The position numbers were made by a program, and so were the translations under genes. DNA of 63,948 bases, the filler included, from Lenisia limosa (lineage: Eukaryota; Protista; Breviatea): NCBI GenBank assembly GCA_001655205.1. It is 11 parts of 11 records of this genome, joined end to end, with 100 filler letters (N's around TTAATTAATTAA, not from the genome) between each part and the next. Parts side by side here need not be neighbours in the genome. Positions count along the whole stretch, not along the records: positions 21,842 to 36,150 come from LPNZ01008945.1; 10 more parts are not named here. One strand, 5' to 3'. Positions 22,551 through 35,855 of this stretch are shown here, piece after piece. Numbering within the stretch: the stretch's first letter is position 1; every line of letters begins with the position of its first letter. The notes under the pieces were generated by a model. The model ran no database searches. It saw only the letters and a list, made by a program, of their open reading frames with translations, and was not told the origin of the DNA.

Positions 22551-24697
22551 TTAGACAATCGAAGCCGAAAAGCTCGATTTGACTTGGCCCTGAGAACCCT
22601 CCCACAAAGAGTCCTTGGTAACACCAATGATCTGCTGAACCGTGTGAAGTCGCTTCTCTTTGTCGAGGCCTCTCAGGGGGTTTTGGCATGCGTCCTGTGG
22701 TATGAGAAGAATGGAATGTGCCGCAGTTCGTACATTATATTAGTGAAAGCTGTTGTCTTTTATCCTAATTACCCCCCCCCCCCCNNNNNNNNNNNNNNNN
22801 NNNNNNNNNNNNNNNNNNNNNNNNNNNNNNNNNNNNNNNNNNNNNNNNNNNNNNNNNNNNNNNNNNNNNNNNNNNNNNNNNNNNNNNNNNNNNNNNNNNN
22901 NNNNNNNNNNNNNNNNNNNNNNNNNNNNNNNNNNNNNTTTCGGTTCAAAACAAAAGACTTCCTCGACAAATCCTCGAAAATTATTGATAATTTACCGGTC
23001 TTTTTCTTACCGTAGTGAAGCCCTAATGATTCTCAATTCTACCCCCCTCCAACTTGCGAAATCGAATGATCCTCAGGAGGCGAGCGATCACTTCCAGCCA
23101 AGAGCGTGGAGATGGTGACAAACAGGGCGCTTTCAACCGTGAAACCTTGAACGTCGTCGATGGGAACGCCAGGAGTGGGAGCGTCACAGAACAGGATGTC
23201 TACGGCGTCACGACAAGCCTCGAGTTTGGAGTCCGACGGCAGGTGGACTACACTGGCGATGGAGGGTGTTAGAAGGAGGAGAATGGAAGGGCTTCTTGCT
23301 CTGCGATACACCGCCCACAGCCGCGTGAAGATCCAGATCTGTCTTCGGACCCCCAGAAGAGGAACTGTGAGTCGGAGTAATCCATAGAACCGCCGGATAA
23401 ACTCCTCCGATGTTGGAACGGCGAGGGGGTTGTCAGTGACGTGTAAGTATGCAGAAAGGGCAGTTATCGGACTGAGTGGCATCGATTCGACGGCTTGGAG
23501 AGCCGGCAGGATCAGGTGTCTGAACACGGCATCTCCGGTGTCGGTGGCACTGATGATGCTGAAGGCATGCTCGAACGAGGCAGTGAGGATACGTGACGTG
23601 TTTATGGGGGCGGACAGGATATACCACAGAAGTCTGCAACAGTAGTTCTTGCTGCTTGTGAACGGGACTTGCGCAGAAGCCTCAGAGTTACTCAGCGAGC
23701 ATGCTAGTTGCAGAATAACTGCAGAGTAGTGCGGAATATTTTCGGACACCATGTCAACCACAAGTCTGTCGATGATTGCAGCTGGGGCCTCAAGGCCAAG
23801 GACTTTCTCCTGGGGGAGAATGGTGGCGTTGGTTTGCATAGGGGTTATGATGACAAAACACTTTTTGAAGAGGTGAGCGGCAATTTCGTGGGTGAATTTA
23901 TTGGCAGGCATTTGCTGGAGACGATCAAAGACTCGGAAGGCAAGTGACGGGTTTGTGGACACAGTGAATTGAACAGTTGGCAGTTGTGCGAGGGACATTA
24001 GCAGGTGGGAGTGCATGCTGACAGCCGTCTGCTTCCTTATCACTGCAGTGACTTTGTTCAGGATGAACGCAATTCCATCGCGGCCGATCGTGTGCAGAAA
24101 CACAATGTCAAGTTTGAGCACCATGAAGGACACTACAAAGTAAAACTAGTCCACAAAGTCAAATACAAATTTTTTTTAAAATATTTTCTATCAACAATGC
24201 AGCTTACACATAGAAATATAGAAGGAGTCTGCAAAGGTTTCCATGTCAAAACAGGCAGAAAACACGTCAAAGAGCTATGTGGTGAGTGTTAAATTTGAAA
24301 CGTCTTCAAAGAGGCATTTCAAAAAAAAAGAAGAAAAAAAAAAGAAGAAGAAGACACATACGCAAAACCCACAGATACAACTCCGAGATGGACTGCTTCT
24401 TTAAATAGGGCTGTTGCAAAGTGAATTGCCTTGTCAGTAGCATAAAACGCCTGTATAAGCCCCTAAAACCGGTAAGAGATTTATAAAAGTAGAAGACACA
24501 ATGATACATGAGACTTTAGGACTACGGTTTAATACCCCGGTGGGGGAGGGGGGGGGGTAAAAAACAGTGGCAAGAAAACGAAACAATTCTGCTCAGCTAA
24601 TTAGAATGTATTCCTAACACAAAGTCCAGAAGAGGAAGTAGGGTAATAGTCGCAAGACCAGCAGCCCCACGTCTCCTGTCGTGAAGGATGTACTACA
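22551..24697 (-). CDS. Alpha-helical (ARM/HEAT-like) protein of unknown function
   Basis: Phase-consistent exons: ~24697-24620, ~24470-24365 (GLYRRFMLL...LWVL), a ~1.08-kb exon 24133-23054, and a last exon 22694-22551 (DACQNPLRG...SIV*). Start codon not located. Confidence 0.7.
22938..23023. mobile_element. MITE family A copy in the intron of the minus-strand gene
   Basis: ttcggttcaaaa...tcctcgaaaattattgataatttaccggtc...gtagtgaagccc-ta. Confidence 0.85.
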
Positions 24698-24785
24698 ACT
24701 GCGGATTATGTTCTTCTCTTTTGAATTTTTTTTCTATTTTTGGTTTTGGTCCGGGTATTCCCTTCTTTGAAGCTTCTGTTCCCAG

Positions 24786-26263
24786 CCCGTGGATGAAGAA
24801 GTGGTGGAAGCCGTTCGCCATTTTGGGGACAAAACCGCAACGATGCCGGTATAGTATATGGTTTTAGTCCCAATACTTAGATGTTGTTGCACTGTTTTTT
24901 CACAGGGATCAAGTCTTAATGTGATGAGTAGTAAATCACCTTCAAGCTACCGACACAATCCCGGGTGTGAGGTTTGGGGACCAAGATCCCAAAGGGAGGA
25001 GCGTTAATCGTCAACATGCCAGGAGGCCACTCGGGTTGTGTGGTTGGAGTGGAGATTATGTAGTATGTATTATTGTCTTTGGTTTTGCCTTCGACCCATG
25101 CCGTCAACCGGCTCTCCACTCAAGGACAGAAAGATCTTCTAAATGGGTCGTGGACGGGAGACTCGGTGCTTTTTATAAGCAGGTTTTCGAAGCTGATGAT
25201 GTCATGTATAATTGTGAGAATAGTATCCATACCCAGCTTCCGCATGATAATACTGATCTATGGAATGTCAACTTCAATTCAGAGATTACAAAAAAAATAC
25301 TATTTTCATACTATTTATGGTGATACAAAATGACATAGTATATAAATGATTACGTCTATAATGCTCTCACTTTGTAGTCCCTCAAAACTCTGTTACAGGC
25401 GATGGAAAATGTAAGTATCAAAGCCCACACAACCCATGGCATTGGGGGATATGCCTTTTCTGATATCAATCAGAAGCTTCTTTTCTTAGAACTGGATGAC
25501 GGTGGTACGCTTTCATTGCCTTCGCCATAAAAACCATGGGCGGTTCAAAACTGCTAATGCTATTGCGAGGGCTTCACAAACAAAATAACACCGTTCTTAT
25601 TCGTTCAATTTCCTTGGTAACACAAGCCGTAGCAGAGATCTCAGATTGTGAATGCAAAGCTTACATACGTATTACCGGATGCTAATTGGTAATGAGGAAT
25701 AGAGGGGGCAGGATACATCGCTGTATGATGCACACCACACAATGTGGTATCCTCTTGAGGTTTGGGTAACTGTCGTGTCCTTGCCAAAAAAGAAAAAAAA
25801 AAGGAAAACAAAACAGAAATGGTGGAGATAGTCTTACTTGATTGAGTTGTTTGACTTTCCCCATCTCAGCGGCAGATCTTAGAGAAGACAGCATTGAAAA
25901 AAGTGCTCTTCTAGAAACTGTTTGAGAAAAAAAAGCTAATTTAGCACACAACTCAGCATAATTAATAGTGAATTGGTTTTGACTCTAAAACCCAGTTGAA
26001 CCCACTGCGCTACAGTGGAGTGGCCTGAAGCCTCCGTAGGTGAACATATTAGGATGGTGCTCGCGTTGTCTATGCAGTCCCTCCTTGTCAGGTCAGAGCT
26101 ATAGAAACACAACAAAACAGTTGGATAGCTTGGTAAACGCTTACATAAGAAACTTCAATAATATATGAAATGATAGGAGGGGGGGGGGTGAGTTTAAATA
26201 AACATACAGTTTTGCAGGATGTTGGAAGAACATTACAGCACACTGGAGCATGGCTGCAACGGT
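24786..26263 (+). CDS. Multi-exon gene; the N-terminal visible part resembles a CinA/MoCF-type molybdopterin-binding domain
   Basis: Spliced PVDEEVVEAVRHFG...PTQSRIPKGGALIVNMPGGHSGCVV resembles the CinA motif Q..LP..A..I.N..GT..G. Later exons: SLKTLLQAMEN, KLLFLELDDG, VEWPEASVGEHIRMVLALSMQ. The first half of the domain was not found. Confidence 0.35.
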
Positions 26264-26719
26264 TTGTGAAGAGTCAGAATCTGCCAGATTAAAACATCAA
26301 GGTTCTTTCGAGAACAATAAATCTCCCACCTCGTCGAAAAAAATAAATAACAATAGTTCAAGACTCATAGTGTGTGATACAGTCAAGATGAAGACAGCCC
26401 CAATAACCGAGAGAAGTAAGGAGGGACAACAAGCCGCTTTTGGCAATGCTGACTACCTTGTCTGGCCCAGGCTGTGGGGGTATCACGGACGGTTCAAAAA
26501 GATAATCCATCAGGAGTTGTTTGACAATAATTATTTAATATCATATTTCAACGAACGTATTATTCCATTGCATAGATTCAAAAATGTCCGTATCAATTTC
26601 AATTTAACACATTGAAGAACAGGGAAGGGGGAAGGTACAAAACACAAAAAAACGAAAGACATAAGCCATGTGATAAATATTATGTAAAACACGAAGACAA
26701 TTATCAATAATATGGTTGA

Positions 26720-29700
26720 GACAGTATCATACAGTCTTGAGCTTGTTTTTGTCAGAAATGTTTGGAATGAAGACAACGGCCTTCTTGAGATTAGCTGTCA
26801 GCTGGAAGGTAAAGGAAGCTTGGAACTTCAGAAGGTTGAACACGAATTCCCAAACGCCCTCTCACTTTGGGGGCAGCAATTGAGAAGCTTTGGATGATAG
26901 TGCATGACATAACTGGTTTGATCTGGAGGGTGAATTCAAACAAAGCCTCAGAAACTATTCCCGTTTGGTACAGTATGACGAACCTCTTGTGTGGTGTGGG
27001 TTGTCGTGGAATGGGAGCTGAAGAGAGAGTTGTGGAAGGTCTGCCGGCTTCGAGTGGGGACAGGGACGTCCGGTCGACTTTGGGGTGACTGTTTAGGTAA
27101 ATACTCTATTGGATTGTCATTATTATTCTAAAGGAGAGAGTGTAATCAGTAAGTCATAATTTATAATTAATAGTATTGAAGCCAAAAAAAAAAAAAAAAA
27201 NNNNNNNNNNNNNNNNNNNNNNNNNNNNNNNNNNNNNNNNNNNNNNNNNNNNNNNNNNNNNNNNNNGTGAAAGATCTGCTCACATGGACCATAGGGACGT
27301 CAGCAGCCAAGGGGCATGCAGCGTTCATAACACAGAGCGTGGATGCGGTCCATACTGAAGAGGCAATCGCTGCACCCTTCATAGTAAATATGAAGGAGGC
27401 AAATTCTATGAAAAGAATGACGAAGTGAAAATCATATAAAACACATCAAAAATAGAATTATTTCTTTAGTAAAAATCCTTTGGTACCTTTTTCTTACTAT
27501 TTCATTATGGAAATTGACCAGTATCCGACCACCTTAAGAGAAGGCAGTAAGCAAGTCACCAGTTTGGAATGTGTCGCATTGATGAACTGAGCCGGGAGGA
27601 CCATTCGCTCATACACAAGGCACTTCATATCGAAGAGTGCCATGACGGAAAACGAACACAGAATCCGGCTGAAGATAGACCTAAGCTCTGGAGTTGGCCC
27701 CATGAACGGAAGAAGTACTTGTGTAGCCTTGAAGCAACATGCTACAATGTCCAATGAAGCAAGAACCTGAATGGTCAAAGAATCAAAGGCTGAGCGGAAT
27801 TAACAGGTGATCTTTTGAACTTCCCCCGCCCATGCTCACACTGCCGATATTGGGAGTGGGATACTGGAGGAAGGTTTGAAACTCGGGGAAGAAGTTGTTG
27901 ATAGTGGCGTTGGCCATTCGGATGAGGAGGTCACATATTTGACTGACATGCTGGCAACTCGCCGCCCTTCCTGCCAGCGATGCAATCTGTTTTGGTGAAA
28001 AGATGTGTATCATCAATTCCTGGGGCCTGTTATGAATGATCTCAAGCAAAGCCAAATTGGAGGGTATTGACCACAACCCACTCTGAGTAGAACACCACAC
28101 GGTTCAGTGGAAATTGCCCACGTGACCCCGTCTTTGTAATGCAGTCTCTCTTTGAGGCTGAAGGGCATCTCTTCATAGAGCGTGTCACAGATGAAGCGGT
28201 TGGCCGCCTACAAGGGTAAGTGTGGAGTGTTTTAATGATGAATACTACCACGGATACTAATCCATCAAGGATACATAGTGGGTAAAACAAAACCAAAACA
28301 CACTCTAATTGAACATCGAGTGGATATCTTCAACTTGATAAACCTTTATTTGTTTCTCAATTCCCCATATTTTAATGACCCCCCCCCCCTACATTTCCAC
28401 CTTCTCTGGTTTTGTCCTGAAGCGTTGTCAGGTTCTTTTGGAGTGTAGTCATCAAATGCGTCATCCAAATTCCACAGACGAATGAGACCACTGAAGATTC
28501 CTGTCAGGGAAGATGTTACAGACTATTTGGAACAAAATAATGAGGCTTCTTCTTTACATATATCATATCTATATTTTCATTGAGATGCTTATAAATGGTA
28601 AAAGTAAGACGCAGGTACAATAAACATGGAATTCGGTTTTCCTTTTATACTTTTTAGCTTATCAAAATGGTCAATACTCACTCCCACCAACCAGAGCAGC
28701 AGCAATGCTGACTTCTTTGCTTGTTACGAGAAACTCGAAAACATTCTGGGAAATGTAAACAGGGGTGAGGGTGAAAGAAGAGCTGCTGAAAGTGGGATGG
28801 ATAAAAACAGTCCAATTCCCACCTCAAAGGCAGGAAAGAGGTCGATATCTGAGACAGCTGGACCCTAAATTGTAAGAAAAAAACACAAAAAAATAAAATA
28901 TAAAAACCCTCCGAAAACATCGAAAAAACCACATTTGGATTCCAACGGATATCTCTCATCAGTTAGTCAGCATATCTTTCAATCGAATATTCTGGGCAAA
29001 CACCCAAATTAAAACACCTGCATACCGACAAAAGACCTTCACCAGGAAAAAGAGTGGAATGAATGGGTGGATTATCTGAAAATAAAAAAAACAGGTAAGA
29101 TATCTGTTTATTTGGGGTAGAAGTAAATCCCTATGAGAATAAAGCTCTCTCACCATGGAAAAGAAGAGCAGTTAAACTATTGAAAGAAGATGCCGCTCTG
29201 AACCGTTAGTAATGACAAGAGAGTTCCAAAAAGAGCATGACTGTGGAGCTAATCTGCTAGTCAACGAAACGCACCCAGCAGTGGACATTGTGGGGGCGGT
29301 GTGGCCATGGAGGCGAAAAGAAACACATGGTTCTGCTGACACTGCATTGGGCGCAGCAGACATCTGAATCGAAGTAAATTGCAACAAGAAACAGTATTAG
29401 TAGTGTGAGCAGCGCCACTAGAACTCACCAATTCGGCGGCAGCTTTGAGGGAATGACCGAAGCCGTTGCTCGCAACCAGAGACGATATGACCTGTGGTGT
29501 TCAGCTTTAAATGACACATTTTGGTTTTGTGACAAACACTAGGATTGTGTTTTGGTTTATATTGTCAAAACAGGAACATTTCAAAAGCAAGAGCAGAGCC
29601 GAGACGCACCCAGTGAGACTTGACGAGGCTCTTGACATCCAGGCCTAAGAGACCGCGGAGGTCGCTGGTTGTGTCCCAGAAGTCGCCACTCAGCCTATTC

Positions 29701-32700
29701 ATTAGGGCACACTTTCAAATGAACACAAAAGAGTATTAAAACACGGTTTATCTGACCAAAGCCCTTCATACGTTTATCGAAGACATGATTGAGATCATAC
29801 ATATTGGGTAGTCCAGCCCACTCAGAGGAAGTCAGCGGGCTTGTCAATCCCATTGGCGGCTGGGGCGGCGGCACTGGAGGCGGCATTACATCCGGGCTTG
29901 GCACCAATGGAGGGGGAGAGGCGTTTGGGGGAATGTTAGGGGAGTCCATTGTGAGAGCCACGGGGGATTCTTCCGGGGATATCTGGGCTATGTCCACAGG
30001 TTGGGGTGTGGAGTTCTGCGAGACTCCTTCCTGTGGGGCTTTGCCCTTCGGTTCCAACTTGCGTGGAGGGGTCACTGTAATAGTTATATAAATGCAATGG
30101 TTACTGCATACGATTCCCTTGCGATCATTAGAGTTAGTTTGAAATAGGCCCATTCAATTGACCCACATTCTTCGGACATTCTGGGCACTTTGGCCTCAGA
30201 AGCAGGTACAAACATATCAGAAGTATTCGGACATCTTTTCCTGAGTCTTTCCTGAGTTGATGCCTCTGAGGAATCCAGTGAGATGGTGCTGAAGAAATAT
30301 AGCTATGTTTCTTAAAAACAATTCGTAACTATCTGTCTAAAGCGATAGTATTAGGCTGACTGAAGCCAATAATACCATCATATGAAACAATTCGGCATTT
30401 GATGACTGCACATACCAAAGCTGGGAGGAGTCGGAGAGACAATCGCGAGGCTCAGAACCACCGGGGTGACTTTGAAAATCTACAAAAGATTAAATCACAG
30501 GTATTGTATTCCTCCCATTGATTATTTACTATTAAAAACAGAACAAAAAAAGTCTAAATTAACCTCAGCGTACCAGGGAAATAATTGGCGACAATTGGGC
30601 CTTCCAGAGGTTGGATTCCTGGTACTTCCTGCTGACAAACTGGCAAGATTTCAAGAGAACCTCAATGTTGATCGAGAAGGCTGTAGTATGGGCCTGGAAA
30701 GGGGTTAGTGCATCAAACTACAAATACTCTTCTAGCTAAACTTAATATTCTGAGTCTACCTTTGGTCCTACAATAGTTTGTTAAAGACTGTCAACCATAA
30801 TCATAACCCTGCCTGTCTTCAGTTTCTCGAGAAATCCAGACATATGATAAAACAATAGTATACAGTGACCAGGATATGTCTTGACCTCTCTTTTATCATA
30901 TTGCAAATCAGTCAAGACTCATCCATATATGATACGATATTATATATATTTCAGGACCGTTGAAGCCTCCCACCGCGTTAGTCAGTACGGCCGCGCGAAT
31001 GGTGCTTCCATAGTCTGCCGTATAGAGGCGGTCAATGAGGACAAACAAGTCAAGGTGGAAGAGGGTTTGCATGAGACCCACAAAGGGCTTCGTAGCGAAC
31101 AGCTACATGCGTTATCAAACGTGACCTGGATACACTGTAGTGGCTTTCAACACGAGATAAACACTCGGGATTTATTTTAATAATACACCTCAATCATAAC
31201 CATTGATTGACAAAAAGACGCAATTGTCGAAGCCCCTCCCCACATCAAGACCCTCGACGGCCTTGGTAATGAGACAGTTGAGGCTCTGACTCGCAACAGA
31301 GAGCGACACTGACGAGCCCTCCATCATCAGCAGCATGAGCTTCAGGAGAACGTGCCTATGATGGGTGTGAGTCAGACTCGAAAAAGAAAAGTGAAATATC
31401 GATAATTTTCGAGGTTTTATCAAGAAATCCAGTCTTTTTTTGAACCGAAGTGAATCCCAAGGTGTGAGGGATGAAACAGTGAATACTCGGATATGGTGAT
31501 GGAGGTGCAAAAAGTGAATTAGAACAGTAATAAAATACAGATGGTTGACTTACAGAACATCAAACTCAGAAAAACAACACAAGACAAAAAAGCCAGATGC
31601 AGAATATGGTGGGATATTCTTATAATCCGGGTTAATTTACGAATTATAGCTTCGCCCACCCAAGAGGAGGCGACCTATATGAGAATTGCGTCAAGCACCA
31701 AGACATCACATCTTCCCTGCGATGTTAAAATGTGGCCTGCATCTTATTCCTCTTAATCCGCATTTACCATAAATCGAACATTTCCTTCCCCTTTAACCGC
31801 ATTTATCAAAAAAACTTTCTCTCCTACCGTCTCAAAACACCTTCATTCGCAACCATGTACATCAGAAGCCCAGTGTGATGGAGGAGTTTGGAGAGAATCG
31901 AGCCCTTCCGGTCAGTATATGTGTCCCAAATCTTGGTGCAGCTCTGTAGAATCAATGAATGACAGAAGGGGTTCTTACGTGTTTATACTTTTATGTTATT
32001 TTTGGATACACACACTGCATAACTGACTTCCTCATTGGTGTTGTCAACATTATTGTTGTTATCAATGAAATGAACCCGCCGACATCCAAAACACTCTCAA
32101 GACTTGCAAGGGACTCGCCACTTGTGCGGTCACCTGCGGAGCCGAGATGCGGTATCAGTTTGTCAAAGAGCTCGCTGATGGTCGAGAGAATCTGGAGGGT
32201 GTGTAGGGGGGGGCGTAAAATTGGAAAATTTATGAAACAAAAAAGCCCAAATCAACTCTATTGGCTGACAACACGTAAGGGTTGAGAACAACANNNNNNN
32301 NNNNNNNNNNNNNNNNNNNNNNNNNNNNNNNNNNNNNNNNNNNNNNNNNNNNNNNNNNNNNNNNNNNNNNNNNNNNNNNNNNNATGATATCCTTCAAACA
32401 TTTCTTGAAATTGACTGGGACAGATCATGGGCAATCTCCTCCTGGTCCTAAATTACGATAAGTAAGCGTCAGAAGAAATATGGTCCATTTCAGAGTCAAT
32501 TTGTTGGAACAATAGAAGCGGTACTCACCTCTTGGCCAGCATCAAGAAGGCGCGGCTTGAGTCCGGTCCTTCGCTGTGACAGCACCGCCTTGATCAACCA
32601 AGAACCGCGCTCATTGGAGACACCGGAGTCATAAATCAGAGAAATCAGCCCAGCCGGTGAGATTGAGCTGGGGATACTGTCGATGTCGGAGAGCGGAACG

Positions 32701-34190
32701 TTTTCTACCAATTGCTGGGGATGGAGTTATTCATAATTGGTTTGTTGGCTGGTGTCTTAGCAAATATTGGGCTCTCATTTCATAGAAAAAAGAGACTAAG
32801 TGTCAAAGAACAGATCCTATGATGTGTGTCACTGATGAGAGAACAGATCCTATGATGTTTGTCGCTGATGAGAAAACAGATCCTATGATGTGTCTCTGAT
32901 GAATCGCATTATTGACGCTATCCTCGCAAACTTTCATCCAAGCAGCTTCACCAATCTTCATATCCTAGAAGAATGAAACATATCATAAATACCGTTTTTC
33001 AAACTATCAAGTATGTATTTGAACGGAGTCAGTAACACAGTGGACGAAATGACAGTATCACCAGACCACCTTGATGGGAGGGTATGGCCTGTCATTTGCA
33101 GGGTCGTTGAGCATGGCTTCGTAACGGGCTTCCAAAATCCGCTTTGTCATAGACTGCATGCTCGAAAGCGTTTGTTTGTGGCTACGGTGTGAGATAACTC
33201 TGCGCGTCAAATACACTGTACATGAGCTATCCATACAATCTTCAAGATAGCGAACTATCAATCATGAACCTTCGCACCTGTCATGAGCAAGATGAAACGC
33301 CGCTTTCAACGAGGTCATTTCACCCTTGAGCTGGAAAATATGTCAGAAACGAGAAATGGAATCGGGATGCTTTCACACAGAATTGTCAAACATTATTTAT
33401 CCGTCCCACATTGCCAGGTCTGTAGCGGTAGCCATGTTGAACCAGTTCCGCCGTCATCTGTCAACATAAAAAACAAATATCCTTCCACTGTGGTATAGGC
33501 GGTCAAATATCGCACGAGGTGGGAAAAGAAGTATCGCAATTTGTTCTAGATTTCTCATGTGTATTTCTCTTGTTCAATAGTAAAATGACGCAAAAGGGTA
33601 TTTGAATAACATATTCCAGAAGTCGCACTTTGAGTTCAGGCGCGTCGGACGTGAGGTAGTCATATCCTGGGGGACCAATGGCTAATGCGTCAGTGTTGCC
33701 ATCAAGATCACTGTTGCCGCTAGTTTACTCAGTAAGCCCCACCTTTGAAGGGTCCGCCCGCAGGAATAAGAAAGGGCTGTGAAGGAGGCACCTTTGTTGC
33801 GGCTTTGTGTTCCTCTTCCAGCCTGGACAATCAACAAAATTGGAAGGTGCAGAAAAATGAAAGACAGCGTACTCTTTGGCTTGGCGGGAGTTCCTGTATG
33901 ACATATTTTACACTTCTACCAATTTGAACTATTAGAAGAGGTCAGAACGTGCTACAGTCGCTGGAAACGATCACATTCTCATCAATAAAAGGCGATACTT
34001 CAACAATTCCTTGGGCTATAGGTTCAAAAAATATGAGGAGGAATAAAATTTCAGTAACAGGAAGGGAAAACGGATTCAAATGTTCCAAGTGTTCAAAAAA
34101 TCCAAATTAAAACAAATCCAATCAAAACTAATCATTCCTTTTTTACATGATTTTGCTGCTCCTGCTTGCCTTTTGCCAACAATTGTTCTA
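26720..34190 (-). CDS. One or more large multi-exon genes: helical regions, a Pro-rich segment and WD40-like motifs
   Basis: Many GT-AG minus exons, e.g. FEARYEAMLNDPAND, ILSTISELFDKLIPHLG, PFVGLMQTLFHLDLFVLIDRLY, a Pro-rich exon at ~29760-30075, LHGHTAP, GLIRLWNLDD, VLASLDIVACCFKATQVLLPF. Gene boundaries unresolved. Confidence 0.6.
31393..31458. mobile_element. MITE family A, right part
   Basis: gaaatatcgataattttcgagg...agtctttttttgaaccgaagtgaatccc. Confidence 0.75.
32192..32292 (-). repeat. Family C element ending at a minus-strand acceptor
   Basis: Reverse complement: tctcaacccttacgtgttgtcagccaatagagttgatttgggc...ttttacgcccccccctacaccctccag, then exon ILSTISEL. Confidence 0.85.
32808..32901. 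repeat. 33-bp tandem repeat, about 3 units
   Basis: agaacagatcctatgatgtgtgtcactgatgag units. Confidence 0.85.
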
Positions 34191-34210
34191 TTTATCTGAT
34201 ATAAGAAAAC

Positions 34211-35673
34211 ATGGGAATCGATTTCAGGGCAGCAGATGTGGGTTTATCCCTCGCATTGACTTATTTTCTTAGGCAAACGACTTGTCAAAGATACAGAGCT
34301 GCAACCTTCTCTGTCTACCGTTTGTCAAAACCCAAATAATGCTTTATTCATATTCCAGGGAGAATTATCAGTTGAAGTACTACTTGTACCATATTCTCTC
34401 ATGGCCAGGACTTTCCCAGTGTGCGATCGAAGATGGCAAAGTTGTAGGGTGAGCTGGGAACAGATGATGCTGTTTTCTGATAATATGGCATTTAAGGAGT
34501 GACTCAAATATATATTGGATGTGAATGATGAAAAGATATAACCTCCCCCACTTACAGACACAATCTCTCAGCATCTGACCTTTCTGTTTGTTCAACATAT
34601 GCATGGATATATTTTGTTCTTTTGTTGTTCTATAATTTCCCAATTGTTACCCACCCACTCACCTGCAAAAAAATATCACAAAGGAGAAGATAGCAAACTA
34701 AAACCTTTTATGAAATTTTTTTGATGTTTTATGAAAATAATTGTCTGTGTTCGGATTAGGGTATTAAAGAGATCGTTTGTTTTACTCATTTCCCCAAGCT
34801 GTTAGCTATTTGTGTTAATAATACCGTAGGTACGTTCTTGCCAAGCTGGATGAAGACACAAACAACGGACATATCACATCAGTGGCCGTTATAAGGTTGG
34901 AGTTGGATGAAACAGGCTGAAGTGAAGCCGATATTAGGATTGGTCAGGATTACATACAGGTTTAGACTGTGTCTCCCCCACCATTACCCCCCCCCCTCTC
35001 TCTCTCTCTCTTTAGTAGACGAATGTGAGGAGCAGCTTTTTGATCGCTATACACCCTCATAATCTTACTTCTCCTTTTACCATATTTATAATGGTATTAC
35101 GATATATTTTTGTGGTGCTTCTATGGGGTCTGGTACCAAGCTTGCCACCAATCTGTTGACGATTGTTTATTGTCACGTAAGTCAGATAATGCAGTTATCT
35201 TCCCCTATAATATTATACCGTATCTCCGGATTAGGATGATCAAAAGGACCAAATTATCGAGTATATTTCAAGAAACACAAGATCTTTTGACAGAGTCCTA
35301 AATGACCAGGTCGCACCGCAAGCTTGGCATTGCCACCACCCTCATGCGACTGGCCCAGACCGCCATGTCCGAACTCTTCGCCGCAAAATACGTGACCCTC
35401 CATGTGCGTTACAGCAATCGCGCAGCCTTCCAGCTGTACCATCATTCCTTGGGCTACGAGTTTGTTTCTTGGTTGTAACGCAGGCAATTGGCAATTGAGA
35501 AGGCCTACTATGGTGATGATGAGGATGCGTATCAAATGAGGCTGGATTTGACGATGGAACACAAAGCTCTTGGTTTGTTTTGATCCTAACAAGAATGTAT
35601 GAAAAAGAGCAAAAGCAGGAAGCCTGAACGGTTGAACAAGTTCAAGGATGAGGCGGCAAGAATGATGGAATAG
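34211..35673 (+). CDS. NAA10: N-alpha-acetyltransferase 10 (ARD1, NatA catalytic subunit)
   Basis: Seven spliced exons give [41 protein letters not shown]...[35 protein letters not shown]...[42 protein letters not shown]. The last intron/exon (35573-35593 onward) is less certain. Confidence 0.95.
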
Positions 35674-35855
35674 CTTATGGTCTTCTAATGTACATTACTT
35701 TCTTTTAGGCAACTTGTGAATACCATGCATGAGCACAATCATTGCGTTGCATTCTTTTTTCACGCTAGGAATATGATATGATTCCCAAAATTTCTGATGT
35801 GGACGGCTTGATCATATTCAAACTTTTCCCTCATTTCTTTACTACCTACCACGAA

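Noticed and set aside
17486-23118. Long ORF-track entries full of X
   Set aside because: These are artefacts of translating through N runs.
34205-34215. Two divergent genes sharing one palindromic CATG start
   Set aside because: The minus-strand ATG hits a stop after six codons and has no credible intron to rescue it.
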